Below, piece after piece: positions 1 to 12,296 of a DNA stretch of 64,000 nt. Position 1 is the first letter of the stretch. Each line of letters starts with the position of its first letter. A model generated the notes under the pieces. That model made no database searches and was not told the origin of the DNA. It was given only the letters and a program-made list of their open reading frames with translations. This DNA is from Octopus vulgaris (taxonomy: Eukaryota), in NCBI GenBank assembly GCA_951406725.2, contig OX597835.1, positions 33,976,001 to 34,040,000 of the forward strand. Reading direction: 5' to 3'. The position numbers and the translations under genes are program-made.

Positions 1-2401
1 GCGATGTACGCGTTCGCTACCTCCGCCCGACCTTTTAGGGATAGCTTTCTCTCAGCCCATTTCTGGGTGAGAGTAGCCACCCTAGTCGTTATCTCGCCCC
101 AGTTCTTCTCCATTTGGAGGTCCGGACCGAACCAGACCCCGAGCAATTTAACCGGTCCGTCCGTCCAGCGTCCCACGATGGAGACGCTGTTGGACGGCAT
201 GGGCCTACTTCTCCAGGTGCCTAGCCGCAAGCCCACTGACTTTTCCCGGTTAATTTTTGCTCCCGTTACCGCTTCGTATTCTTTTAGTGTCTCGCCGACC
301 AGCTCGATGTGCTCGTAGCTCGACACTATGACGGTGACGTCATCCGCGTATGCAGACACGCTCCTCCCGCATCCCAGCTCTCGTGGGATGTCCCTCAGCG
401 TCGCCAGTTCCGCAGTAGTAGCTCAAGAGTCAATACATACAGCAGCGATGAGAGGGGGCATCCCTGACGAACCGAACGCATGATGTTAAAAGGTCTGGAT
501 AGATGACCATTTACGCGAACTACTGAGCGGATGCCGCTGTATAAGGCAGCGATCCAACCGCGGAAAACTGGACCGAAATCAGCCGCTTTAAGGACAGCCT
601 CCAAGTAGTGATGGTCTACCCTATCGAAAGCTTTTGATTGATCCAAATTGATCCGCGCCCCACCCATGCCAGGATTCTTAACTACCCTGTCTATGATGTA
701 GCGCATCAGATGGAGGTTGTCATGAATACTTCTACCCGGCACAGCGCATGTTTGCGCCTTGTCGATTAGTTTCTTGATGACAAGAGCCAACCTCTCGGCT
801 AACACCTTGGCCAAAATTTTCAAATCTGCGTTGAGCAGAGTGATGGGCCTGAAATTATCTATGACGTCCCCCTTGTTTGGGTCTTTCTTAATCAGTGCCA
901 CTGCTCCTCGCTTTACAAAAGCAGGAATACTCCCGTTTTGCTGCCAGTTGCAGTAGACAGCTGCCAAGACGCCTCCAAACAAGTCTGGCATATGAAAATA
1001 AAGTTCGTAGGGCAGACCATCCAAGCCTGGTGACTTGTCTCTCGCGCAGCCTACCATCGCATCCTGTACGTCCGCAGCTGTGATAGGCCTTTCACAAGAC
1101 TCCACCTCTCTTGCTGAGAGTCGTGGCAAGGCATGCAGGTAGGCACTAAAGTCCACTCTGCGTTCTGACCCACCACTTGTCCCAAACAGTTGGGTGAAGT
1201 GTTGTTGAAAAGCCCCACACATCCTTTTAGGCTCGAGCAATTCGCGCCCCTGTTCATCTATAAGAGACTTGATGGTGGCTCTGTTGCCTCGTTGCGTCTC
1301 CACCACTCGGGCCTCTTGGGCGGCTCCAACTCCTTCGTTCCTCAGAGCCCGCATTCTAGCTCTGACAACGCATCCTTCGTGTTTGGCGTTGAGGTGTTGG
1401 TCGAGGGCCAATCTCGCCGCCAGCACGTTGGACGCGATGCCAGGTCTAAGTGCCTCTCCTAAAACCCTAACTAATTCTCCCTCTATTCTATTTCGGTCTA
1501 ATGCTAGGGCTTTACTGTATCTGACTGATTCTGCTTTAATTGCTTTTTTTAGGGCATACCACCATCTGTTGTTGATGATGGTACCCGTCAAAGCTCTCTT
1601 AACTAATGTGCTGATCCGGTCCCTGTAAACCTGTCGTGCTGTAAAAGACGCGTTCAGTTTCGAGTAACCAGGACCCTGCCTATGTGTCTTATCTAAGTCA
1701 AGTGTACAAGTTACAAACTTGTGATCTGTGTAACTGACTATATGAAATTGTGGACAACCTACACTATTTTTATCTATTGTCCTACAGAATACTCTATCTA
1801 AGTATGATCTGGACGACCCGATGCGGTTACTCCATGTCCACATTGGCACATTCGGGTGGTCCAGTCGGTACCTGTCAGACAGTTGGAAACGTCTGAGCAG
1901 GTCTTTGAGGCATTTGCATCCCCTTCTATTGCTATCTCTACCCACGTAGTCTACATGCGTGTCCAGGGTGGCATTCCAATCCCCCACGAAAAGTAAAGGA
2001 CGAGACGTTCCCATGAAAGACTCTAGACGTCGAAAGAAATCTGGTCGGCCTGTTAAGGACGGAGCATAAACTGCTATCAGTCGAAAAGCACACTCATTGC
2101 TGCCATCGACATCCAAAACGACCAGCCTACCCTCCGGGTCTAGGAAAATTGCTCTTACTTTGAGATCCAGACTCTTCCGGAGAAGCACCGCGGTGCCACC
2201 TCCGCCCATTCTCGGTAGACACGGAGAAAAATAAATGTTGAAATGTGTACCGAAACTGTGCTGGAGTGCCCGCAAGCTGTGGAGTCTGGTCTCACTGATG
2301 GCTATGATATTCAGATTTAGTGACTTGATGTCATTTAACAGGTAGCCTTGTTTCCAAGGCGACCCCAAGCCACGTACATTTATACTGCCTATTCTGAGCA
2401 T
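1..2401 (-). pseudogene. ORF2 of Tx1 copy A: APE endonuclease + reverse transcriptase, frameshifted near 410
   Basis: ORF 395-2401 has SINVRGL, SET, GDWN, YLDR, TDH (APE) and KSPGLDGL, RPITLLN, KAFDRV, RQGCPLS (RT); YADD lies at about 340-352 in another frame after an apparent 1-bp deletion. Confidence 0.93.
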
Positions 2402-2469
2402 GTTCCGATTAAAAATTGTGTTTTACACACGAAAAGAAAGTGCAAAAAAGGAAAGAGAGAGAGAAAAGG

Positions 2470-2751
2470 TTACTTGTTGTTCGAAAGTCCTTTGTTTTTC
2501 ACCTCACAGTCTTCTTCCATGAGGTTTTTGTATAGTTTCTTTGATGAATACTTTTGAAATCTCCCTACTGCATCAGGGTAAAGAGATTTCAGGGTGCTGT
2601 ATGTGTTCTGTGTTACGTGTATTATTTTAATGTGTTGTGGTGGTGTTGTGCGTGGGTGGTTACTTGTTTTTATGTCGTTTTCAGTTATGTTGGTGTTTGA
2701 CCTAATGTGTCCCATTAGGTCGTGGTTGTTTGTGTTTATGGCTGTCAACAT
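2470..2751 (-). CDS. Conserved 93-aa ORF between ORF1 and ORF2 of Tx1 copy A (function unknown)
   Basis: TPPQHI..TY...K..YP..VG......SKKLYKN aligns with ORF 18219-18617 of copy B. Confidence 0.6.
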   Translation of the reverse strand: MLTAINTNNHDLMGHIRSNTNITENDIKTSNHPRTTPPQHIKIIHVTQNTYSTLKSLYPDAVGRFQKYSSKKLYKNLMEEDCEVKNKGLSNNK

Positions 2752-4660
2752 TGTTGTGGGGTTTGATTATGGTGTGTTCGTGTTGATGTGTTTGTTTTCT
2801 GTGGATGTTTTTGTTTCGGGAGTGGTAAATCTTCCTGCTTTGTTTGTTATCTTTTCTTTTCTTTTTTCCCCTTTTTCTTCTACCCACTGTGGCTATTTGC
2901 CAATCTTCTGTGTCTTCTTCGTCTAATGACAAATCAGAAGAATCAGAGCGTGGAAGAGGAAAAATATTGGGGTCTATTGTAGACTGTGTTGATTTTGTTG
3001 TTGGTGTTGGTTGGTGAGCGTTAGGTTGTGGTGTATGCGGTTTTGGAGATGGGGTGTGGGTATTTTGTGTTTGAGTGATTGTAGGTATTGTTGTATTGTT
3101 TGGGGTGTCAATTTTGTGGGGATTTGGAGTAGTAATTGTTTCTTCATTTTCGATGAGTGTCTTTTTGGCAGATGTCCTTGGTTTGGGAGTTGGTTTATTC
3201 TTGGTTGTTGTTGTTGGTGGTGTTGCTTCTGTTCTTGGTGCAGTTGGTGTGGTTGTTTGGTTGGTGAGGTTTGTTTTTTGTTGATTTTCTGTGATTAGTC
3301 CTGTTCGTGCAAAACGTGGTGTGGGTAGTAAAGCTGGTTTATTTGTTTATTCCGGCTGCTGTTGTTGTTGCTGTTGTTTTCTTGCGGCAGATTTGCAATC
3401 TTGTTTTAGGTGTTGCTCACTGCCGCATATGTAGCAACATGGTCTTCTGCCATCGACGACCACATACAACTTGTGGTCTTCTGATACACATATCTGGGTG
3501 GGTATTTTCTTTATGTCCTCTTGGTTTATATGTAGTAGAAATTCTACTTTTTTTCCCACCCAGTTTTTGTGCTCCGTGACGGTTGTTTCTAAAATTGTGA
3601 AATCTTCCATTTTCACACATAAGGCCTTTACTAGCCATAGATTGTTAGCTATTTTTGGAACATTGTTTAAAGTGATCTTAGTCACTTTCTGTCCACGATA
3701 GCTTGGTGTTAGTTGAAGTTCATCTGAATGAAGAGTTAGCGTTGAGAAACGTCTTGCTAACTCTTCAATGTGGAAGACCACTTGTATGTGTGCGAACTTG
3801 TTCCACCGGGTCACATACTCTTTGTAGTTCCAGATGGGTTTCAAGCATTTTTCGATTTTGCTTGTGTTAGCCCTCTCTGGACTTTTTGTTTTCTTATTAA
3901 TTATTTTATAAATAATTGTTCTTTTTTTTTCATCTTCTAATATTTCTTGTGGTATGTTTATTTTTACAATACCATCCACTTCCGTTATTAAAATGTTCAT
4001 GTCTTTTATTTGTTGTGCAGTAAAACATACTTTTTTTCTTTTATCGCCTCGGCGAAATTTGTTGTTGTTTTGTTATTGTTGTTGATGGTGGTGATGTTGT
4101 TGTTGGCTGCAGTTGGTAAAATCGGTGTATTTGGTTTGATTGTGCAAGTAGGAAGGGGTGGAAAATTACTTGCATTGTTTATCCCTGTATTCAAGCAGCT
4201 TTTGTCAATTTGTTTGGTGGTCAGTCTTTTGTTTATTCCCTTCAGTTCTTGTTGTTGGAGTAGACAAGGTCTGAACGGGATTGCTGTTGTTGTTATTGTT
4301 GTTTTTGTTGTTGGCGGTGGTGTCAGTGGCAGAAGAGACTGCCGTGGCAGTAGATGTCGAAATGGTGGCGCAAATGTTGTTATTCTTGTTGTCATTGTTA
4401 TTGTTGTTGTTGTTGGTAGTTGAGGTAGTGGATGAGGTGGCGGTGGTGGTAGCAGTAGTAGTCTTGTTGTTGTTGTTGTTGTTAGTGGTGGTGGTGACAG
4501 TGCTGTTATCGCAAGTGGTTGCAGCGTTCACTGCCACGTCATTCAGGTTTGCACTTTGCGTGCATGAGTTCTTTTTTCCTTCTCCTAGCGTTTCCAGACT
4601 AGGAGAATGTTGGTCGATAAAGGAACGCGACCAGCGTTCTACAATACAATTTCTCGACAT
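2702..4660 (-). pseudogene. ORF1 (gag-like, zinc knuckle) of Tx1 copy A, broken by frameshifts and a stop at 3347
   Basis: Fragments 4205-4660, 4006-4395 (NFPPLP, NFAEA), 3347-4000 (TIIYK, CYICGSEQHLKQDC) and 2702-2932 (W + basic tract) match copy B ORF1 in order. Confidence 0.85.
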
Positions 4661-4857
4661 TTTCGAAATGTCGTGAAAAAATTACACAAATTAAATAGGG
4701 TTGAAACTGCCCCTAGGGGCGAATTCCTCCCTTGCAAAAACACTCAAACGAAAGTTGGGTGCCTTACACACCTTATTTACAAAAATGTACACAAAAATTA
4801 GGCTATAAATAGCCAAAATAAACGATTACCTTCGGAGCCGAAGTGACAGCACGTCCG

Positions 4858-4951
<94 letters not shown>

Positions 4952-4980
4952 CATACATACATACATACATACATACATAC

Positions 4981-5056
<76 letters not shown>
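4858..5056. repeat. (AGAT)n/(ACAT)n compound microsatellite
   Basis: Direct reading. Confidence 0.98.
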
Positions 5057-5057
<1 letters not shown>

Positions 5058-5205
5058 AAGATATAAAGGCAGAGAAGGATAGAGACAGGAAAGGATATTC
5101 GTTTATATATAATTGTGTACATATATACATATGTGTGTCAGTGTGCGTATCATATATACGTCTATATATACATTTATATATATTTGTGATATATACATAT
5201 TTATT

Positions 5206-5251
<46 letters not shown>

Positions 5252-5257
<6 letters not shown>

Positions 5258-5340
5258 TTCTACTATAGCCTCGGGCCGACCAAAGCCTTGTGAGGGGATT
5301 TTGTAGATGGAAACTGAAAGAAGCCCGTCGTATGTATATA

Positions 5341-5378
<38 letters not shown>

Positions 5379-5581
5379 TGTGTTTGTCCTCCCCAACATC
5401 GCTTGACAACCGATGCTGGTGTGTTTACGTCCCCGTAACTTAGCGGTTCGGCAAAAGAGAGACCGAAAGAATAAGTACTAGGCTTCCAAAGAATGAATAA
5501 GTCCTGGGATCGATTTGCTCGACTAAAAGGCGGTGTTCCAGCATGGCCGCAATCAAATGACAAGTAAAAGAATAAAAAGAG
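5252..5581 (+). mobile_element. tRNA-derived SINE family A, 5'-truncated
   Basis: Matches the full copies at 37430 and 52940; internal (TA)n(TG)n. Confidence 0.9.
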
Positions 5582-5585
5582 TGTG

Positions 5586-5624
<39 letters not shown>

Positions 5625-5818
5625 ATTAAATATGGATTTTAAATATTAAGCTGCCGCACACACATAGAAAGACAAACACCCACTATATTAATACACACCA
5701 AAAAAAAAAAAGGAACTCCGTATTAAATATTAATCCCAGCAACAACCTTTATCAACAATTGACAAAAGGAAGCACGTGTCGGTGTTTTATTTTAAACAAA
5801 ACAAAAGTACTGCTTCAC

Positions 5819-6250
5819 ACTACTACTACTACTACTACTTCCGCAACTACCACCACTACTACTACTATCAATACCTCGACTACTACCACTTTCATCATCA
5901 CCATCACCGCCACCACGACCACCACCACCTTGAACAACGGCACAACTACTACAATTGTTACTACTACCACTACTACTACTACTACCACTACTACTAACAC
6001 TACTACTACTACTACTACTACTACTACCACTACTACTACTACCACTATTACCTCCACTACCACTACTACTACCACTACTACCACTACTACTACTACTACC
6101 TCCTTCATCAAGAGTGCAACCACTGCTGCTTCCGCTACCAGTAATACTACTATCATTTATACCACCGAGATCACATCTCGCACCACCACCACCACCTCCA
6201 GCAAAGACCAAAAACTCTTACAACTTCCGCCACCACCACTACTACTACTG
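5819..6250. repeat. (ACT/ACC)n degenerate trinucleotide tract
   Basis: Direct reading; source of the poly-Thr/Val/Ser ORFs. Confidence 0.9.
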
Positions 6251-6668
6251 ATCGCATTTAAGTCTATGTATGATCGCACTCCCTTTGCTAGAAATAGCAG
6301 TCAAATTGCCCACAAATTATAGAGCGTTGTCATAGAAACAAAAGGGAGAAAGATAATACAGTATATCTGGAATTTAGGAGAGAAATATGTTAACCGTTTG
6401 AAACAAAAAAAGCAACACCTTTAATTACTGTCCTATCTAATTAGCACTGACCTAGAACTGAACGACTTATATATATTTATTCGTAAAGGTATATATATAC
6501 GCTATTGTAATTAACTGCTGCTGTTATTATTAAGTATTGTAAATATTATTTATTATAAACTAAATTCTCTACAGGTGAGTAAACTTTTTCTTCACCATTT
6601 ATTTTCTGTTTATTTCTAATTTATTAAGTGCCAGTGTCTTTAACGCACGCGCACATACATATGCTTAA

Positions 6669-6931
6669 ACGGTACTACTTAAGAAAGAGTGGTCCCGGTG
6701 CGCGCACTCGCGTATCCGCACTAGCTAGTCGTGACTAGTCGATCCTAGCGAAAAGATCCGTGTTTTTTGTTTTATTTACTTTGTTTTAAAAAAGTTATTT
6801 ACTTTGTGTAAAAAAAATTATTTATTGTGTGTTTTATTTACTTTGCTAGGTAGTCGTTGTAGGATCGACTAGTCATGACTAGCTTGCGCGAGTGCGCGCA
6901 TCCGGACCACTCTTCTTAAATAGTACCCGTA
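6669..6931. mobile_element. MITE with about 80-bp imperfect terminal inverted repeats
   Basis: GGTACTACTTAAGAAAGAGTGGTCC...CTAGTCGATCCTA is mirrored by TAGGATCGACTAG...GGACCACTCTTCTTAAATAGTACC; AT-rich core. Confidence 0.8.
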
Positions 6932-7329
6932 TATATATGTGTGTGTTTGTGTGTGTGTGTGTATGTATGTATATATACGACACATATGTCCACTTAGTGT
7001 TTGTAGATCTTCATATTTTCTTATGTATTGATACCTAAATTCATGCAGAAAAGATCCCCATTTGCTATTGATTATATTGATATACAGGTAGAACCCCGAC
7101 TCTCTGGACACAGGTAGCCCGAAACCTCCGATCTAATTTACGAGTAAGAACTTCAAATTCCCGCGGCCATCAGATTAATTTATTGGGACTTTGTATAGTA
7201 TAGTATTGATAAATTTGTATCGTTCATACTAATGTACAGGTACCTGTAAACAAATAAATTTAATATTTGTTTAATTTAGAGTTTGTTGACCGAGGTGGCC
7301 TCACCTGGTTCGGAAAAGTGGATAGTCGT

Positions 7330-7520
7330 GCAAGCTGAACGGTCGGTACTCCGGACAAAGTGTTTAGCGGTATTTTTTCCGGCTTTACGTTCTGATTTCA
7401 AATTCCTCCGAAATCAACTCTGCCTTTCATAAGTACTAATGAAATACTGGGGTCGATGTAATAAACTAAGCACACTCTCCCAAAATTACAAGCCTTGTAC
7501 TTATTGTAGAAAGAATTATT
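7330..7520 (+). mobile_element. tRNA-derived SINE family C, degenerate, non-Tx1 tail
   Basis: TTCAAATTCC B-box-like, GCCTTTCAT, CTGGGGTCGAT, (ATT)n tail. Confidence 0.7.
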
Positions 7521-8313
7521 ATTATTATTAATGCTTTGTTTATATTTAGTAATCTATTTTGCGAGTTCATATTCGCTTCAAATAAAATTAAAGGAAATAT
7601 ATTGAGAGTTCAATTAAATAGCACACCACATACAAATCTACAGCTAAATATATGGTCTTTGCGTAGACTAAAACTAATTAAAGAAGGTATGAAAATAACT
7701 AATTATGGATTAGTGTTATTTTTATGACACAAAGTAGAGTGAAATAACAGTTTGAATGCGAAGAAAAAGTGTTTTGTCTTGATATAAAGTAAATGTTTTA
7801 AAAACTATTTCGATAAGATTTTATTCCCTTTAGTTTGTCTATGTTTGTCATTCAAAACTTAACGACTTCCTCTCGATTCTGTGTGTATATGGAGGCGCAA
7901 AATGTCGTCTACCTTAATTGAGGACAAACTGACCAGGTGAGTTACAACCTGTGTCGAACATAACATCGCCACAAAAAAATCACCCCCCCCACCTCTATTT
8001 CATTTATTCATATTTCTATTATCAGACACAGATATATTTGTGTACAGTATATACCTTGGCTGTATGTTAAGTATATATATATATATATATATATTGATTA
8101 ATTATATATATATATATATATTGAGGACAAGTTTACCAGGTGAGTTACAACTTGTATCGGACGACCATCTAACTGCCGCAAATATAACTCGCATCTCAAT
8201 TTCATCTAGTTATACTTTTGTTATTGAGCATGTTTGTGTGTATAATATATATAGGATATATACTAAATGCATAGACACCTACATTTTACCTGCATATATA
8301 TTAACTTCATAAA

Positions 8314-8355
<42 letters not shown>

Positions 8356-8831
8356 CCTGTCGTCTGTTTTCACTGAAAATGGCGCCCACTGTAAACATTT
8401 TCTATTAATTATTCAAACTCAAAAACATTGTTATAAAATATTTGTCGGCGCCGTTTTAAACCAGTTTATTTACTTGTTTTCTCCATGGTTCCACTAAAGA
8501 TGTTTTCCTGCAGGTGAAAATCTATATCCCCTGCATTCTTTAACTGTTTACATGATCATATGTTTACACCGCTATCTCGTTAAACTATAAACAAATACTT
8601 GTATTTAGTTGCTTAAACGTTATTTGTGTATTTTGTTTAAATGTACTCGGGGAAATTTTTCGAAGGATAATTTAGATGTCGACTTAGTGGGAAAAACGGA
8701 TTCAAAGAAATAGTATTTTAGATTTGTTTAATATCGTAAACATTAGTATTGGAGAGCATGTGTGTATGTATATATATAAATCTTTCTCCTTGCCAACTTA
8801 TGTTGCTAGACAGATAAATAGATTTAGCTTC

Positions 8832-8876
<45 letters not shown>

Positions 8877-8888
8877 GTGCGTGTGTGT

Positions 8889-9116
8889 GGAGGCGCAATG
8901 GCCCAGTCGGAGGATCGCGGTTTCGATTCCCAGACCGGGCGTTGTGAGTGTTTATTGAGCAAAAATACCTAAACTTCCACGAGGGTTCGGCAGGGGTGGT
9001 GGCGATACCTGCTGTACTCTTTCGCCACAACTTTCTCTCACTCTTTCTTCTGTTGGCCTGCGAAGCGCATTGTGACCAGCGATATGTAACAACATCTGAT
9101 AGTCTGGTCAGTCAAG

Positions 9117-9121
<5 letters not shown>
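8889..9121 (+). mobile_element. tRNA(Arg)-like SINE family B with a deletion in the head
   Basis: GGAGGCGCAATGGCCCAGT..GGTTTCGATTCCC; matches 25159-25462 and 27669-27860. Confidence 0.85.
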
Positions 9122-9157
<36 letters not shown>

Positions 9158-9159
9158 TA

Positions 9160-9315
9160 CTAATATAGGATAAACATTTTTTCAGAAAAAATTTCATCGA
9201 AAGTGGCAGCATATTAAAAGGTTAAAATTTTATAAACAACTTATAAACAAGGGCAAGAGAAAAATTATTTATGCTATAGAAATAATTTTTCTTTTGCCCT
9301 TGTTTATAAGTTGTA
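9160..9315. mobile_element. Fragment of the 59615-60124 Penelope-style element with a fold-back end, between (TA)n tracts
   Basis: TAATATAGGATAAA and AAAGGTTAAA..ATAAACAACTTATAAACAAGGGCAA are shared with 59640-59720 and 60077-60123. Confidence 0.7.
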
Positions 9316-9337
9316 TATATATATACATACACATAAT

Positions 9338-9725
9338 CATCATCATCATCGTTTAATGACTGTTTTCCATGCTGGCATGGGTTGGACAGTTTGACATGGA
9401 GCTGGCTAGCAGGGAGTTGTTCAGACTCCAATTGTCTGTTGGGGCATTATTTCTACAGCTGGATGCCCTTCCTAACGCCAACCACTTAGCAGAATGTACT
9501 GGGTGCTTTGCACGTTCACTGGCACAATTGCGCTAATGCAACACTAACATGGATGCTTTTTATAGGACACCGGCACTTGAAAGAACAAGTCTGTGAGGGG
9601 TCGGTAGCGATTTTACTTAGCTTGATGCGTCTTATCCAATACAGCAAATTGCCACATCTTTATTTCCTCGGAGAAGCCCAGTGTCCAAAGATCATTTCTC
9701 GCTACTTCATCCCATGCCTTCCTGG
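9338..9725 (-). mobile_element. RTE-like 3' end / RTE-tailed repeat
   Basis: Reverse complement of GGTTGGCGTTAGGAAGGGCATCCAGCTGTAGAAA...CCAACCCATGCCAGCATGGAAA with (GAT)n tail; many copies in the window. Confidence 0.75.
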
Positions 9726-9738
9726 GTCTACCCCTTAT

Positions 9739-9772
<34 letters not shown>

Positions 9773-9840
9773 TCAAATACCAGTGGTAGAGTAATATGCT
9801 TTATTTTAATATATTGTCTGTTTAATTGGAAAATTCTGTA

Positions 9841-9928
9841 AGTGGCTGAAGATTGGTCGACATTTTAAAACTGATGTAATACTTACAGTGTTTAATAAAA
9901 TGAAGTAGCATGAAACAATTGTACTACT
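9841..9928 (+). ncRNA. Candidate type I hammerhead ribozyme with long stem II
   Basis: AGTGG-CTGAAGA-[59-nt hairpin]-GAAA-CAATTG-TA-CTACT. Confidence 0.5.
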
Positions 9929-10114
9929 CTACCTTGGATATACTTGTTGCTTATTTTGATTATAATCACCCCATTTGATTTATATGGATAATACCATACA
10001 AAATTCTGGTGCCTTTAACTTAAGTACCATATTCATCTGAATCTAAATTTTGCTGAACTTATATATATCTGTGTATATGTATGCATGTATATCTATACAT
10101 ATATCAAGCTTAAT

Positions 10115-10245
10115 TATTTCGTTTTGGGGTTTGGTTTGCAAGATTCTTTATGTGAGTTCATGTGTTGAAGCATATTCTGTTGTGTCTGGGGAAACCCATT
10201 TCTCTTTTGGTGCCTTATAATTTAACACACTCACCGGTAAAATAT
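10115..10245 (-). mobile_element. 3' fragment of the repeat family at 11950-12255 and 52610-52916
   Basis: Shared TTTGCAAGATTCTTTATGTGA.TTC.TGTGTTGAA and AACACACTCACCGGTAAAAT. Confidence 0.75.
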
Positions 10246-10319
10246 GTAATTCGAGATTCTGTCACTGTGTTAAATACTTTCATGAAGTCAGCTAGTCTTC
10301 ATTCTTTTATTTATTTATT

Positions 10320-10715
10320 TTTTACTTGTTTCAATCATTTGACTATGGCCATGCTGGAGAACCGCCATGAAGAGATGTAGTCAAACAAGTCAATCCCAGG
10401 ATTTATTTTTTAAGCCTAGTACTTATTCTATTGGTTTCTTTTGCCAAACCACTAAGTTACAGGGGACATAAACACACCAACACTGGTTGCCAAGCAGTGA
10501 TGGAAGGACAAACACGAAGACACACACACACACATGCACATATATATATATACACGACAGGCTTCTTTCAGTTGCCATCTACTAAATCCATTCAAAGGCT
10601 TTGGTTGGCCTGAGGCTATAGTAGAAGTCACTTGCCCAAGGTGCTATGCAGTGGGACTGAACCCAGACCCATGTGGTTTGGAAGCAAGCTTCTTACCACA
10701 CAGCCACACCTACAC
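10320..10715 (-). mobile_element. SINE family A
   Basis: Reverse complement of family A head, body and tail. Confidence 0.88.
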
Positions 10716-10982
10716 CTATGATTACATATGTACAGAAAAGGTTTGGGAGAGCAACAATATGATAAAACCATGGATAGATGAAAAATAGGAGGATGACGTG
10801 AAGTGTTTTGGGGTTAGTAAAAAAGGGATGCAATGTGATAGATGGCAGAGATACAGAGTTAGATATAATGAATGATGAACAATGGTTGGTGTGGGAGCTG
10901 GGAGCCAATAATGGAAAATATGAGAAGGTATCAAGGGTAACTGGTAGCATAAAGTGGGGATCAAATACGTATTCTGCTCTCA

Positions 10983-11213
10983 GGGTGGCGAGCTGGCAGA
11001 ACCGTTAGCACGCCAGGCAAAATGCACAGCCATATTTCATCTGCTGCTACGTTCTGAGTTCAAATTCTGCTGAGGTCGACTTTGCCTTTTATCCTTTTGG
11101 GATTGATAAATTAAGTACCAGTTATGCACTGGGGTCAATGTAATCGACTTAATCCATTTGTCTGTCCTTGTTTATCCCCTCTATGTTTAGCCCCTTGTGG
11201 GTAATAAAAGAAA
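10983..11213 (+). mobile_element. SINE family C, Tx1-tailed subfamily
   Basis: GGTGGCGAGCTGGCAGAACCGTTAGCAC head, GAGTTCAAATTC B-box, tail CCCCTCTATGTTTAGCCCCTTGTGGGTAATAAAAGAAA. Confidence 0.88.
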
Positions 11214-11364
11214 CATATATAATTACAGCAGCTGAATGAATAGTGCCATAGTTAGAAGAGTGATGGAGGGATGGGTGCTAAGAAGATTAGTTGATGGAGA
11301 GAGCATGACAGAGGTAGATTGGGGGCCAGGATATTGGCACAAATGATATGGCTTACTGAGATGG

Positions 11365-11945
11365 ATGAGTTTTCTTAAGCACAACAAATTGCTAATCATC
11401 TTAGTCCTTCATCATCTCTTCCTTCGAGTTCAGCATCTTAGCATCAGTCTTCACTACTTTTTCCCACATCTTCGTGGATCTCCCTCTTCCACGGGTTCCA
11501 TTCACATTCGACAATCAATATTTCTTACAGAACTGTCCTTGTCCATACCCATCACATGACCATACCAGCACAGTGTTCCCTCTTACAGACTACATCTGAT
11601 GCTTTTATGCTCAATTTTCTCTCAACACATTTGCTTTTTGTATACCCTTTGCATATCAAATACAGCATACTAGCTTAATCTCTTTGTAGCCTTTGTATAC
11701 CCTTTGCATTCACCATCCAGCTTTTACTACTAGCTAGAATTGCTGTTTGTACACAAGCATCATACAATCGGCCTTTCACTCTGAGACACAACAAAAGTAA
11801 TGGCTCTCTGAATTTTCTCCCGTCTGTTCTTATTCCAGCAACTATAATTTCAGAACATCTTTCACCACTGCTAATTAAGTCACCTAGGTAACAAAATCTA
11901 TCTACTACCTCCAAGCATCCTCCTAAACATTCAAGAAAATCTATT
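11365..11945 (-). pseudogene. RTE-clade LINE RT C-terminal fragment
   Basis: LEVVDRFCYLGDLISS...LRVKGRLYDACVQTAIL..S.SW in ORF 11675-11977. Confidence 0.75.
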
Positions 11946-11949
11946 TCCA

Positions 11950-12255
11950 ATATTCTGTTGTGTCTGGAGAGAGTCATTTTCTTTTTGTGCCTTATGATTT
12001 AACACACTCACCTGTAAAATTTCTACTTATTCCTTATTTATATTTTCCTAAGTTTTCGTTGCGTCTTGCAACCTTTTCAAAGATACAATGAAAATTTTAG
12101 GAAATTAAAAATAAGAAATAAGTGGAAATTTTACCGGTGAATGTGTTACATTATAAGGGACAAAAAGAAAATGACTCTCCCCAGACGCAACAGAATGTGC
12201 TTCAACACATGAACTCAAATAAAGAATCTTGCAAACCAAATCCAAAAACGAAATA
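11950..12255. mobile_element. Fold-back (head-to-head inverted) Penelope-style element with a truncated hammerhead at the turn
   Basis: 11950-12057 is mirrored by 12090-12210; minus strand TTGAAAA-G-GTTGC-AAGAC-GCAAC-GAAA at about 12054-12080. Confidence 0.7.
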
Positions 12256-12296
12256 TTTCCAATATCTTCTTTGTGATTATTGCTCTTGTGCATCTA

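Larger units (their letters stand above)
1..4857 (-). mobile_element. Tx1/L1-clade non-LTR retrotransposon, copy A (degenerate; 3' part runs off the window)
   Basis: ORF1 remnants with CCHC knuckle upstream of an APE+RT ORF2; collinear with copy B at 16530-22368; 5' end abuts an (ATCT)n tract. Confidence 0.93.

Noticed and set aside
5759-6322. Mucin-like poly-Thr ORF
   Set aside because: (ACT)n microsatellite; no ATG or splice context
7918-8180. Two diverged copies of TTGAGGACAA..ACCAGGTGAGTTACAAC as a possible hammerhead
   Set aside because: No GAAA box or stem I/III could be built
8375-8460. YY1-like AAAATGGCG motif / promoter
   Set aside because: Isolated short motif with no linked exon or other support
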